Below are positions 9,332-18,596 of a stretch of 62,740 bases of DNA, piece by piece. The DNA comes from an uncultured virus (IMG/VR IMGVR_UViG_3300021365_002389) (taxonomy: Duplodnaviria; Heunggongvirae; Uroviricota; Caudoviricetes): the IMG/VR virus record IMGVR_UViG_3300021365_002389, positions 62,001 through 124,740 of that record. One strand, given 5' to 3'. The position numbers were made by a program, and so were the translations under genes. How positions within the stretch are numbered: position 1 is the stretch's first letter; every line of letters starts with the position of its first letter. The notes beneath the pieces are model-generated. The model saw nothing but the letters and a program-made list of their open reading frames with translations. It was not told the DNA's origin and searched no databases.

Positions 9332-10222
9332 CTAGTTACCAAAAACCTCATTAAGTTTTGTTTTCATTTTTTGAATCCAAAGCCTATCGATCTGTGTATT
9401 CACTTTAGGTTTGTTATCTTTTTCGAAAAGTCTCATTTCCCCTATTACGATTGATTTTTTCAGAAAAACCTTGATAGCTACGAGAGGAGCAGACAGCCCT
9501 ACGTTTTCAATCATTGGGTAGCCTGCAAAAATAACGCCAACTAATTCATTATTCTTATTAAGTACTGGCGACCCACTTGAGCCTGGCTTGGTAGGGATTG
9601 TATAGATAGAGTATCCCTTATTATGATATCCAGAAAATTGACCCTTGAATATTAAAACTGTTCCTGGCCAAAAAAGTCCATGAGGTGCTGCCATATTAGT
9701 TACGGTTTCTCCTCTTTTTGGTTCATTTTCAGCTAGGGATAAAACAGGTGGGTTCATTAAAACATCTGACACCTGCAATAGACATAAATCAAAACGATTA
9801 TTAATATTTACAACCCTAGCATCATGTTGAAACCCGTTAAGATCTACAACCTTAAACGATGCCCCTTTATTCCGTATTTCAAAACCTCTGATGTTCTGGA
9901 CTTTGGGTAGTTTATTTTCACAAGAGTGACCAGCAGTTAAAACATAAGAAATGTCTTGAGTTACTTCGCTGTGAAAAACATAAGCACCCGACGAAACATA
10001 TCTCATCATTGCTTTTTGACATTTTTTCTCTTTTGTTTCTTGGTCGATTCCACAACCCTCTAACTCAACAGATTGTTGAATTTGTACAAAAGAATTTCTT
10101 GGTAAAATTTCTTTCTGACTTGCGTTTGAAATTTTTATCGTGGTGCAACCACTGACACAACTTGATAGGCAAAATAACGAAAATATAAGAAACTTAACGT
10201 AAAAAGGTGTTTTTTTAATCAT
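9332..10222 (-). CDS. Trypsin-like serine protease with signal/lipoprotein peptide
   Basis: Triad motifs LTAGH, DLCLL, PGSSGS; hydrophobic N-terminus with Cys. Confidence 0.88.
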   Translation of the reverse strand: MIKKTPFYVKFLIFSLFCLSSCVSGCTTIKISNASQKEILPRNSFVQIQQSVELEGCGIDQETKEKKCQKAMMRYVSSGAYVFHSEVTQDISYVLTAGHSCENKLPKVQNIRGFEIRNKGASFKVVDLNGFQHDARVVNINNRFDLCLLQVSDVLMNPPVLSLAENEPKRGETVTNMAAPHGLFWPGTVLIFKGQFSGYHNKGYSIYTIPTKPGSSGSPVLNKNNELVGVIFAGYPMIENVGLSAPLVAIKVFLKKSIVIGEMRLFEKDNKPKVNTQIDRLWIQKMKTKLNEVFGN

Positions 10223-10274
10223 AATAAAGTAAGTAGATTGAAAGGGAACTAATTATCCACAGTAAATCTTTGTT

Positions 10275-10556
10275 ATGAATTCATTAAAGGAATATTATCT
10301 TATGTTAAACAGCGTTATGTTGTCAGGTATTTTACTATTTTCGGGTCAACCTATTGATTTTCCTGAAGTTTGGAAAAAAATACAGGGAAAATGGTCATAT
10401 GTAGGGCAAGTTAAGGAAAAAACTCAAATTCTTGTCTGGATAGAAAAGAAAACAAAAACTAGCAACAACCAGATACTTAATAAAGAGATAAAGAAAATGC
10501 CCTTCATTACTTTATCTCCCAACGGAGAGGTACTAGAGTTAGATCCTCTCCAATAA
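10275..10556 (+). CDS. Hypothetical secreted/membrane protein
   Basis: First ORF of the plus-strand island; hydrophobic N-terminus. Confidence 0.55.
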   Translation: MNSLKEYYLMLNSVMLSGILLFSGQPIDFPEVWKKIQGKWSYVGQVKEKTQILVWIEKKTKTSNNQILNKEIKKMPFITLSPNGEVLELDPLQ

Positions 10557-10567
10557 GGGGTGGTTTT

Positions 10568-11038
10568 ATGTTTAGTTTTCTCACTAAAAGAGTTACACTT
10601 TTAAGTATACTAGCTTTAGTGTCTGCTATAGGGCTTCATTATCATATAAAAGCTAACAGTCTTTACAAGACCGTATTTGCGAAACAATCTACATTCTATA
10701 CACCGGGTCAACACGGTAATTGTAAATGGGTTGTCCACATCAGTAATCGTATAACAACTGAACCCGGCGACAACGCCGCAGCCCAAATTGGCATTCCTGA
10801 AGTTATTAAAGATGGTTATATTGCTGGTATCTTACAGAATGGACCCGGCAATTCTTTGCTGTTTGCTTTTAAGCTCCCAACACAATCCGATGAATCACCA
10901 CCTATAATAATGACGGCATCTTATAGAAAAGATCAACTTCCGCTTAAACAAATTAGATTTCGTGTTTTCAATAGCACGGCTATGACAATGGTTCTTTACA
11001 ATTCGTATGATGCCTGTGTCGAGGCCACAATGGAATGA
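10568..11038 (+). CDS. Hypothetical signal-anchored protein
   Basis: N-terminal TM/signal segment; ATGA overlap with the next gene. Confidence 0.7.
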   Translation: MFSFLTKRVTLLSILALVSAIGLHYHIKANSLYKTVFAKQSTFYTPGQHGNCKWVVHISNRITTEPGDNAAAQIGIPEVIKDGYIAGILQNGPGNSLLFAFKLPTQSDESPPIIMTASYRKDQLPLKQIRFRVFNSTAMTMVLYNSYDACVEATME

Positions 11039-12291
11039 AACGGCTAGTCTTATTATTGCCACTGATACTTACTTCTTGTTCGGCATGTATAGACGACGAA
11101 AAACTCATAAGACTTGAGTGTGTACCAGGCGAGAAACTTGTTTGTGATGAGTTGGGTCAAGATTTTCCGGCTGCTGATCCAATTGATGTTGCAAAAAGGG
11201 CAGGTCAATGTTCTTACGGCTTAAGAACTTGTACGACAAGCGGCTGGTCAGAATGTGTAGGAGCACGAGGACCAGCAGAAGAAATTTGTGATGGTATAGA
11301 TAATGATTGCGATGTGGCTATAGATGAGACATATCCAGAAGAACATCAACTATGTGGATTTATTGAGGGCGCTGATTATGGCGTTGGCATATGCACTCCA
11401 GGTGTGATGAAATGCGACAATGGAGGTGTCTATTGTGATGGTCATACTGGGCCCTCTGATGAGATCTGTGATGGACTCGACAATAATTGTAATGGATCAA
11501 TAGATGAAGGTATAGCCAATTCTACAGCTATTGTTTGTTATGAAGGACCAGATGGAACTATGGCTGTAGGAGAGTGTCGTGCTGGTGTTCGATACTGTAC
11601 AGATGGAGGCTTTGACGGACCTTGTGATGGTCAAATATTACCAGCCCAAGAGCGTTGTGATAATCTAGATAACGATTGTGATGGAGAAGTAGACGAAGGG
11701 TTTGATACCCGTGGTGTAGATTTAGTTTTTGTTCTTGATATTTCTGGTTCGTTCAATGAAGAGATAGAATCAATGATACAAGGTATTGCTCCGCTTTTAG
11801 ACGACCCGATAACGAGCACATTTCGCTTTGGACTGGTTGTTGTAGGTACGGCAGGCAATGGAGAAAGAAGACCTCCATATCAGTACGCAAGAATGGTCTC
11901 TGACTTTGTTCCGGCTGATGAGTTTTTGGACATCCTAGAAGCCGGTAGAATGATACAAAGTTCTGGAGTGGAACCAACCATCGATACAATGTTTTGGTCG
12001 ATGACCCTTTATCCTTTTTCTTGGAGATCCGGGGCACAAAAGGTAATTATAACGATGACGGATGAAGTAGCCCAAACCGTTTTGGGGAAGAACTGCGCAG
12101 AAATTTCTTCAATCGCTCAAGACGAACTTTTTGAACTTTTTGTTTTTGCTTTACAACCGCATCATAACACATTTCTAGCGTGTGTTCATGGAGAACAAAG
12201 AAGGCTATTCACTCCCGCCGTAAACTCTGAAACGGTTTTTATCCAAATTAGACAAATTTTTGAGGACCTATGTATCGGTGATGACAGGTAA
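11035..12291 (+). CDS. Lipoprotein with MopE-type Cys/Asp repeats and a C-terminal vWA domain
   Basis: Lipobox-like LTSC; three E-x-C-D-x-x-D-N-x-C-x4-D-E repeats; MIDAS DISGS. Confidence 0.85.
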   Translation: MKRLVLLLPLILTSCSACIDDEKLIRLECVPGEKLVCDELGQDFPAADPIDVAKRAGQCSYGLRTCTTSGWSECVGARGPAEEICDGIDNDCDVAIDETYPEEHQLCGFIEGADYGVGICTPGVMKCDNGGVYCDGHTGPSDEICDGLDNNCNGSIDEGIANSTAIVCYEGPDGTMAVGECRAGVRYCTDGGFDGPCDGQILPAQERCDNLDNDCDGEVDEGFDTRGVDLVFVLDISGSFNEEIESMIQGIAPLLDDPITSTFRFGLVVVGTAGNGERRPPYQYARMVSDFVPADEFLDILEAGRMIQSSGVEPTIDTMFWSMTLYPFSWRSGAQKVIITMTDEVAQTVLGKNCAEISSIAQDELFELFVFALQPHHNTFLACVHGEQRRLFTPAVNSETVFIQIRQIFEDLCIGDDR

Positions 12292-12540
12292 GTCCTCTAT
12301 CTCATTAACATAAGCAGCAATAGCAGCAATTTCAGGAATTGTTCCTTCTAATACGGATATCAATTCTGCCATATCATTTAAAATTTTTTCTTTTGATTCT
12401 GTATGCATGTTATTGCCTAGGTCTGACACCTTATTTGAATATTTAGACATAAACCTGTTTAGAACATGGCCTAGGTTAGAGTCAGCAACTCTTCTGATAT
12501 CATCCGTATGGATTGTTACATTTATATTTTTGTTTGTCAT
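12268..12540 (-). CDS. Hypothetical protein
   Basis: 90 aa ORF coupled to the upstream J-domain gene. Confidence 0.65.
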   Translation of the reverse strand: MTNKNINVTIHTDDIRRVADSNLGHVLNRFMSKYSNKVSDLGNNMHTESKEKILNDMAELISVLEGTIPEIAAIAAYVNEIEDLPVITDT

Positions 12541-13088
12541 AGAGATATTCCTTTTGATCCTAATATTTGGTTAATGATGTTAAGTTTTTCTTCCTCTGTA
12601 TTGGAATGGTGCCAAAACCATGCAGAACTTTTCTTTCTTGTCTCTATTTCTTTATATACCTCATTTATATTGTTTTGTAAAAGAGAAATAGTATCATCAG
12701 ATAATTCTGGTATCTCTATATTAATCAAGCCTGCTATTTCTAATATTTTTCCAACATTATTTTCTGAGTATGCTTTAGCCGCTTGAGCAAACAGGTCTGA
12801 TTCCTTTTTATTGTTTGTTTTATCTGGGTGGATTTTTGAAGCTATTTTTCGATACAATTTTTTAAGATCTTTATTTTTTATTTTACTCTCAATTGTTTCG
12901 TCACTTGTTTGTTCTTTATTTGAAACTTTAGAATCATCTGCAAAAAAGTCTTTATAATGTTGAGGGTAATTTTTCTTCATATAAGAGCGTATATCTTTTT
13001 CAACTGAGGCACAAACATCTTTTATGTCTTCTACTTCCATCTTGAGGTAAGAATATTGCAGAGTAAGTTTTTTGAATTGTCGAGACAT
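12537..13088 (-). CDS. J-domain (DnaJ-like) protein
   Basis: LKKLYRKIASKIHPDK (HPD motif); start moved to MSRQF, downstream of the terminator. Confidence 0.75.
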   Translation of the reverse strand: MSRQFKKLTLQYSYLKMEVEDIKDVCASVEKDIRSYMKKNYPQHYKDFFADDSKVSNKEQTSDETIESKIKNKDLKKLYRKIASKIHPDKTNNKKESDLFAQAAKAYSENNVGKILEIAGLINIEIPELSDDTISLLQNNINEVYKEIETRKKSSAWFWHHSNTEEEKLNIINQILGSKGISL

Positions 13089-13101
13089 GTCATATATAGA
13101 C

Positions 13102-13130
13102 AAAAAAAAGGGGGCAAGCGCCCCCTTTTT
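13102..13130 (-). terminator. Intrinsic terminator, potentially bidirectional
   Basis: A-tract-GGGGGC-AAGC-GCCCCC-T-tract, just downstream of the fibre-like gene. Confidence 0.85.
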
Positions 13131-13155
13131 AATAAAACAATTTGTCAGTGCTATG

Positions 13156-14532
13156 TTATGCTTCGCTAACTTGGAACATACCACCAGAAATCTGTAACTT
13201 AAACAACTTTAATTTACCCGCTTCATCAACACCCATTGTTTGAATATATGGAATCATATCCAAACTACAACTTGCAGCGGAAGTACCAAGTTGTAGTTTG
13301 ATTGGGTTAGCTGATGCTGCACCCGAAACGAAAATAGTACCACTAACGTTCAGAACTGGCTCTTTAATATTATTGTGGATTCTGATCAAACTTTCACCAC
13401 CAAGGTTCAAGCCCACAACACCAGTCATAGAGGTTGAAGCTAGAATTGTTTGGTTTGAAATCATTGAAGTGGCCATAACAAATCCACTAGCGCCAGTAAC
13501 AACAACTGATGCTCCACAAAAAATACTACTGGATGCTTCAAGTGTTGATGCTATAACACCTTCTACAAATGTTGCGCCCAAGCCACCCGATATGGCTCCG
13601 TGGAATACACTACTACCAGTGATGGTTGAACCAGCTTGGATTTTTAATTCCTGTCCGGCAATATCAGCAGCACCAGAAATGTCACTGCCAGCGTGAACAG
13701 TACCAGTCACCCCTGCGTTGCCAGCTACCAAGAGGCTACTGGATGCTTCAAATGTGTTGGTAATAACTGTACCAAGGAAGACTGCTCCACCCGAAGAACT
13801 AAGTTCTCCTTGAAGTGTAGTTCCACCGTGTTGAACTAAAGCACCTGTCAGAGTTGCACCAGCTTGTATCTTTAATGCCTGACCAGCAACATCAGCAGTA
13901 CCAGAAATATTACCAGTTACATTCAATCTACCTCTTAATGCAGTGGTACCAACAATCGTTGCTGCACCAGAAACGTCAAGCGTGTTGGTTAGTGTAGTAG
14001 CACCACCAATCATTAATGCGGCTGAAGAACTAATGTTTCCAGCAGCCGTAATTACACCAGAAACGTCAAGCAGACCGGTTAGTGTAGTACCACCACCAAT
14101 GATCAACGATCCGGCAGATGAAGATATCGAACCAGTTGTTATTAAAGAACCTAGGAACCCTGCACCAACTATATTGATTGGACCCGAACCACTTATTGTA
14201 TCAGTTCGACTTGGGTCACCTAAAAGTATAGAACCAGTAGACTCTTGAAGTGCATTGTTAACATTTACAAAAGTAACATCCCCGGAAAGTCCGGCTCGTG
14301 CCTCTAGATAATTGAGGGCCTGAATAATAGAACCTGAGGCATCATTGTCGGCGAATGATCTACTGAGGGCATATTTGGCGTGTGCCGCAATCGGGATCCC
14401 GTCGGTTGAGCCAGTAAAAACAGGCAAACCACCAAACAAAGTACCGCTAACAACGACACCACCAAGGATTTCACCATTTAATTGAAACGCTCGGTTACCT
14501 GAATTAGAACCAGAGAACGTACTAAAAGCCAT
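13156..14532 (-). CDS. Gly/Ser/Thr/Ala-rich repetitive beta protein, probable virion fibre
   Basis: Repeats such as IGGGTTLTGLLDVSG/IGGATTLTNTLDVSG and ADVAGQALKIQAG/ADIAGQELKIQAG; own RBS and terminator. Confidence 0.65.
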   Translation of the reverse strand: MAFSTFSGSNSGNRAFQLNGEILGGVVVSGTLFGGLPVFTGSTDGIPIAAHAKYALSRSFADNDASGSIIQALNYLEARAGLSGDVTFVNVNNALQESTGSILLGDPSRTDTISGSGPINIVGAGFLGSLITTGSISSSAGSLIIGGGTTLTGLLDVSGVITAAGNISSSAALMIGGATTLTNTLDVSGAATIVGTTALRGRLNVTGNISGTADVAGQALKIQAGATLTGALVQHGGTTLQGELSSSGGAVFLGTVITNTFEASSSLLVAGNAGVTGTVHAGSDISGAADIAGQELKIQAGSTITGSSVFHGAISGGLGATFVEGVIASTLEASSSIFCGASVVVTGASGFVMATSMISNQTILASTSMTGVVGLNLGGESLIRIHNNIKEPVLNVSGTIFVSGAASANPIKLQLGTSAASCSLDMIPYIQTMGVDEAGKLKLFKLQISGGMFQVSEA

Positions 14533-14663
14533 ATTTTTTTCCTCCTAAATATGGGTATTTACACCATCAGGATTGGGGTCACCAATCTGAACTTAGTATA
14601 ACCATTTAGTAAAGGAACTGGTCAGCTATCTGACTCTTATAGTAATTAGTTTGTAAACTTAAA

Positions 14664-14870
14664 CTATTCGTTTATTTCATAAAACTTTTTAAGAGTTTCA
14701 ATATTTTCTTCTGCATCGGTAAGTTTTTCTGTCCACTCTGTAATTTCTTTTAATAAATTTGAGTGTTCTCCGATACCTACAGAACTTTCGAAATAAATCT
14801 CAAGCACGGCAATAGCCTCATCTTTTTGTGCCTGGTAATGACTTAACGCTGCTCTGAGTAAATTATTCAT
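14664..14870 (-). CDS. Small helical phage hypothetical protein
   Basis: Start reassigned to MNNLLRAA; SVGIGEHS motif. Confidence 0.7.
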   Translation of the reverse strand: MNNLLRAALSHYQAQKDEAIAVLEIYFESSVGIGEHSNLLKEITEWTEKLTDAEENIETLKKFYEINE

Positions 14871-15438
14871 CTTTATTCTCCAAATACTTTTGCAAAACCT
14901 CAATAAAGGCATTCGCACCGTTTTTACAGTTTTCATTCCAATCACTTGGTGCATCATCATTAGCACCATCAGTAATATATTTGAAAGACACAAAATCAAT
15001 ATCGCACTCGTAGCAGCATTTGGCGATAGCATATGATTCCATATCAACAACATCATAAGGAGTGTTTTTCATATCGCTAACGAACGTATCGCCAGTACCA
15101 CAAGTAAGTCTTTTATTGATTGGGTTTTCTGAAGGGAAAGATAATAAAGATGTGTCTTTATCTTCGAATGGTGTAACCCCTAGATCAAATCCTAATTCTT
15201 TTATGTGCATATCTCTTTGGATAAAATTAGTGCAATCAACTAACGTACCTTGGTCAACCTTGTTACTGCCAGCAGTGCCAAAGTTTATAATCAAATCTGG
15301 GTTGTAATCTATAATACACCTCATAGCTGTCATAGTTGCATTAACTTTTCCAACGCCTGTATAAAACGTAGGGACATACTCCTCAACTAAACCTTGTGTC
15401 TCTTCTGGCAAAGCACACAATACAACTATTCTATTCAT
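14863..15438 (-). CDS. mtnN: MTA/SAH nucleosidase (PNP/UDP family)
   Basis: ALPEE, TGVGKVNA, NFGTAG, TGDTF, VDMES, KYITD. Confidence 0.88.
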   Translation of the reverse strand: MNRIVVLCALPEETQGLVEEYVPTFYTGVGKVNATMTAMRCIIDYNPDLIINFGTAGSNKVDQGTLVDCTNFIQRDMHIKELGFDLGVTPFEDKDTSLLSFPSENPINKRLTCGTGDTFVSDMKNTPYDVVDMESYAIAKCCYECDIDFVSFKYITDGANDDAPSDWNENCKNGANAFIEVLQKYLENKDE

Positions 15439-15919
15439 ATTCTATAACACTTTTTGCTTTTATATCATCATCATGTAAAAATTTTAAATCTATCAGAACA
15501 CCACAGTCTATTACGTTGTAGCCCGCCGTCCTACATAATTCCTGGGTTGCTTTGAGGGTTCCGCCAGTAGCCAAAACATCATCAACTATGATAACGTTTC
15601 CGCTGCCGTTGCCCATCTGCAAATAGTCCTTACCATATTCCAGTTCGTAATGTACACTGACAAATGGTGGTGGTAGTTTACCTTTTTTTCTTGCTAGCAC
15701 CACACCCTTACCAAACATGGTTGCTAAGGCAGAGGCAAATATAAAACCTCTTGAGTCAATGCCAACAAAAAAATCAACCTCATCGAGGTTGTTAAACTTT
15801 TCTCCCAAGTCTCGTATCGCTTGGTGAAACCTATCTGATTTTAGTAACGGACTTATATCCTTGAATGTTACACCTTCTTTTGGCCAGTTTGGAATTTCTG
15901 TTATCAAATCTTTATACAT
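15431..15919 (-). CDS. apt: Adenine phosphoribosyltransferase
   Basis: PKEGVTFKDI, SRGF, RKKGKLP, LEYG, VDDVLATGGT; true start 15919 (the track's extension runs through tRNAs). Confidence 0.93.
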   Translation of the reverse strand: MYKDLITEIPNWPKEGVTFKDISPLLKSDRFHQAIRDLGEKFNNLDEVDFFVGIDSRGFIFASALATMFGKGVVLARKKGKLPPPFVSVHYELEYGKDYLQMGNGSGNVIIVDDVLATGGTLKATQELCRTAGYNVIDCGVLIDLKFLHDDDIKAKSVIEYE

Positions 15920-15930
15920 TTTTTTCCTTT

Positions 15931-16005
15931 TGGAGCGGCTACTCGGGATCGAACCGAGATCATCAGGTTGGAAACCTGAGGTAATGGCCATTATACGATA
16001 GCCGC
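15931..16005 (-). tRNA. tRNA-Gly(TCC)
   Basis: Cloverleaf; anticodon arm TCAGG-TTTCCAA-CCTGA; T73 then CCA. Confidence 0.92.
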
Positions 16006-16008
16006 TTA

Positions 16009-16084
16009 TGGTGCCCAAAGCAGGAATTGAACCTGCAACCTTTGGTTTACAAAACCACTGCTCTGCCAATTGAGCTATTCGGGC
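16009..16084 (-). tRNA. tRNA-Thr(TGT)
   Basis: GCCCGAA/TTTGGGC acceptor stem; loop TTTGTAA; T-arm GCAGG-TTCAATT-CCTGC; CCA. Confidence 0.9.
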
Positions 16085-16085
16085 A

Positions 16086-16162
16086 TGGTAGGGGGTCTAG
16101 GACTTGAACCTAGAACCTACTGATTATGAGTCAGTTGCTCTAACCAATTGAGCTAACCCCCC
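16086..16162 (-). tRNA. tRNA with CAT anticodon, probably Ile2 (elongator Met not excluded)
   Basis: Anticodon arm ACTGA-CTCATAA-TCAGT; lacks the initiator triple G-C pairs; abuts the tilS stop codon. Confidence 0.85.
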
Positions 16163-16771
16163 TTAGTATAATAGATTATACTCCCTTTCTACTATTTTTT
16201 TAAATGTTTTTTCGATCCCTGGATTTACCATTTCGGCATGGGGCACAATATCGTGTCGAATAATGCTTCGCATGAAGTCTCGGTTCTCGTTTGCCGGATC
16301 AACCAGATAAGGAACTTCCTTGCGCTCACACCAGTCAAGCAGTTTGCTTTTAGGAGTAGAGATAAACGGTCTAAAAACGTTTTTGTTCTTGTAGGGAATA
16401 ACTTTTCCCTGTCCGTGCATAGAAGAAAATAAAAACCACTCAATCACATCGTTTAAGTGATGACCCGTGATAACCGGAAAATCAAAAGCGTGAAAGCATT
16501 TGTACCGTTCATCACGCCAGTGCTCTTCCATGGATTTGCCCTTTGGTCGGGAAGAAGAAATATAATCTACAATTAAGGGAATATTTTTCTTTCCACAATA
16601 GTCCTTAAGGAAACGATAACCCTCAACTCCAAACTCTGTTCCATGATCAAAATAATAGGCAGTCACTTTATGACTGTTATTAAGAAAGTCCAAGATAGCC
16701 ATAGAGTCTGGACCGCCGCTGACAGCGACGACCAGTTCTCTTGGTAATTTTCCTAAAACTCTCAACATCAT
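16163..16771 (-). CDS. tilS: tRNA(Ile)-lysidine synthase, catalytic domain only
   Basis: AVSGGPDS PP-loop, E..WR..RY, TGHHLND..E, RP, DPAN, R..IR; about 200 aa. Confidence 0.88.
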   Translation of the reverse strand: MMLRVLGKLPRELVVAVSGGPDSMAILDFLNNSHKVTAYYFDHGTEFGVEGYRFLKDYCGKKNIPLIVDYISSSRPKGKSMEEHWRDERYKCFHAFDFPVITGHHLNDVIEWFLFSSMHGQGKVIPYKNKNVFRPFISTPKSKLLDWCERKEVPYLVDPANENRDFMRSIIRHDIVPHAEMVNPGIEKTFKKIVEREYNLLY

Positions 16772-16778
16772 AACTCCT

Positions 16779-16855
<77 letters not shown>

Positions 16856-17059
16856 AAATGTGAAGAGTTTTTGCCCAAGTACATCTGGACTCCTGTTACA
16901 TTTGTATCTGACCCTACAAGCCGTCTTCCACACGCAACTCTTCAAAGGTATGTGGGTACTGAAGGTAGGGACGCTGGCTCTTTATGCTTCCTGCCAGATC
17001 GGTTCGGGTTTAACCCTGACACTTATCGTCGTTTATTCATTTATTTGTTTCCCTAAATT

Positions 17060-17266
17060 CTACTCTTCGTCTGGTGGGAAGTGTAATCCGCCGTGCCAGA
17101 AGTCAATAGCACTTTCCGGTGCTGCTGTTCCTGTGTCGGGGATAACATCAATCCAATCACTAACAAATTTATCAAGGGAAGCATTAAAATCATCTAGTGA
17201 TGCTCCCTCTTTGCTGATAATCTCAAGCTTGAAATTGCATTTCCACTGTTTCTTGTTCTCTGACAT
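17060..17266 (-). CDS. Hypothetical protein
   Basis: 68 aa ORF with GAGG RBS and an upstream CTATTTA motif. Confidence 0.65.
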   Translation of the reverse strand: MSENKKQWKCNFKLEIISKEGASLDDFNASLDKFVSDWIDVIPDTGTAAPESAIDFWHGGLHFPPDEE

Positions 17267-17411
17267 TATATCCCTCTAAAAGGTTAGCCAATAAATAGGG
17301 TACTCTAAACTCAAAAGTGCTCCGCCAACCATTCCTGTGGCAATACCGGAGAGAAACATCAAAGCAGGCATCCACACATCTTTTCTTAATCTAAGGATAA
17401 ACATTTTTTTC

Positions 17412-17696
17412 CTATTTCTTTTTCTTAATCCATTTGACAGTTCTCATTTTACAACGCTTTTCGTTATGACCTTCCATAATACAGATCTGCTGAAGAGGCA
17501 TCACAACGTGTGTAAAGCACATGTGTTTTTGTAGAACTTTATTAAGTCCCCGAGGTTTTACATCTGGTCCGCCGAAGATGGCCTCGCCTTTAGTCATAAA
17601 GACTGGACAATAAATGCCTGTTGAAGGGTTGCCTTGATTTACGACATTAGTCTCTAAACCTGGGGCAGCAAGTAAAACAAGGGCAGCTAAAATCAT
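17412..17696 (-). CDS. Hypothetical secreted Cys-containing protein
   Basis: Signal-like N-terminus, 4 Cys. Confidence 0.55.
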   Translation of the reverse strand: MILAALVLLAAPGLETNVVNQGNPSTGIYCPVFMTKGEAIFGGPDVKPRGLNKVLQKHMCFTHVVMPLQQICIMEGHNEKRCKMRTVKWIKKKK

Positions 17697-18007
17697 AATC
17701 CATAAACTCCGATGACGTCTTTTGCTTTGTCTTCAAGAATATTTCCACGAGCGAAGTTGCGAGCAGGAGACTTCCAAGAAGCAGCCTTCCAAATCAAGCC
17801 GTCCTCTTTACCGACGAAGAACCAAACGCTCTTGTGGTATTCGCCGGCATCCTGATAAACTTTGTAGTATTTACCACCCGCTTTGACTTTGACCTCTGGG
17901 CGAGGCAAGTTCGGGAACTTAGAATCATAATGATTGTTCAACATCTCCACACACTCGTTAAGAAAACCGTTCATGTGAAATTCGACTTCGGGATTCGCAG
18001 CAGCCAT
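17693..18007 (-). CDS. Conserved-type phage hypothetical protein
   Basis: GKYYKV...G.IWKAASWKSPA..ARGNI motif; has its own early-type promoter. Confidence 0.75.
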   Translation of the reverse strand: MAAANPEVEFHMNGFLNECVEMLNNHYDSKFPNLPRPEVKVKAGGKYYKVYQDAGEYHKSVWFFVGKEDGLIWKAASWKSPARNFARGNILEDKAKDVIGVYGL

Positions 18008-18060
18008 TTCTCTCTCCTTATATCTTATATTATCACGGATTGACTAGGAGTCAAGTTTTT
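18008..18060 (-). promoter_or_regulatory. Early-type promoter + RBS (copy 1)
   Basis: AAAAAC-TTGACT-16-TAATAT, extended TG, RBS AAGGAGAGAGA. Confidence 0.8.
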
Positions 18061-18533
18061 TATGACACCCGCTCAATATCACGCTGGGCGTAGAAGGGGT
18101 TGTAGCGATCTTCACTACCTTCGTACTGAACCTTGTAGTTGCCACCAGCTTCGGCTTGGATTACCAAGGCAACCTTGCCAGCCAACTTCCAACGGTTGTT
18201 ACGCTTATTGTCTTTGAAGCGGACTAACGAGCCGACCGGGTATTTGGGAGGCAGCGGAGCAATCGAGTTGAGTGCTTGCGTAATGTTGTCATAAAAGCAA
18301 CCGGGGAAGTAGTCCGTGTGAGGGTCAGACTCATCACCTTGACGCTTGACATGAGGAGCACTAATGCTGCCGTCGCTGTTTGTCCAGAATGAAATAAGCT
18401 GGTTGGAACCTTCAAAGTAAACATAGACCTTGGGGTGGTTATTATTGTGATAATCATTCTGTTCAATCATAACCTCACGATTGACAGCTTTGGCACGATT
18501 GCGAATCTTTTTAAGAGCAGACTCTAACTTCAT
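18060..18533 (-). CDS. Hypothetical protein with C-terminal SH3/KOW-like domain
   Basis: YPVGSLVRF...GKVALVI...YKVQY. Confidence 0.7.
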   Translation of the reverse strand: MKLESALKKIRNRAKAVNREVMIEQNDYHNNNHPKVYVYFEGSNQLISFWTNSDGSISAPHVKRQGDESDPHTDYFPGCFYDNITQALNSIAPLPPKYPVGSLVRFKDNKRNNRWKLAGKVALVIQAEAGGNYKVQYEGSEDRYNPFYAQRDIERVS

Positions 18534-18587
18534 ATCTCTCTCCCTTACAAACCTATAATATCACTGTTAACGTAGAAGTCAAGTTTT
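18534..18587 (-). promoter_or_regulatory. Early-type promoter + RBS (copy 2)
   Basis: AAAAC-TTGACT-16-TATTAT, extended TG, RBS AAGGGAGAGAGA. Confidence 0.8.
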
Positions 18588-18596
18588 ATTTATCTT

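Noticed and set aside
13967..14100. DNA repeat with about 90-bp period as a DGR or CRISPR-like element
   Set aside because: Explained by in-frame protein repeats; no reverse transcriptase is in the window.
15920..16069. N-terminal extension of APRT (and of TilS, 16772-16813)
   Set aside because: These translate through tRNA genes; downstream ATGs have proper RBSs.
16086..16162. Initiator tRNA-fMet
   Set aside because: It lacks the three consecutive G-C pairs in the anticodon stem and the C1 mismatch.
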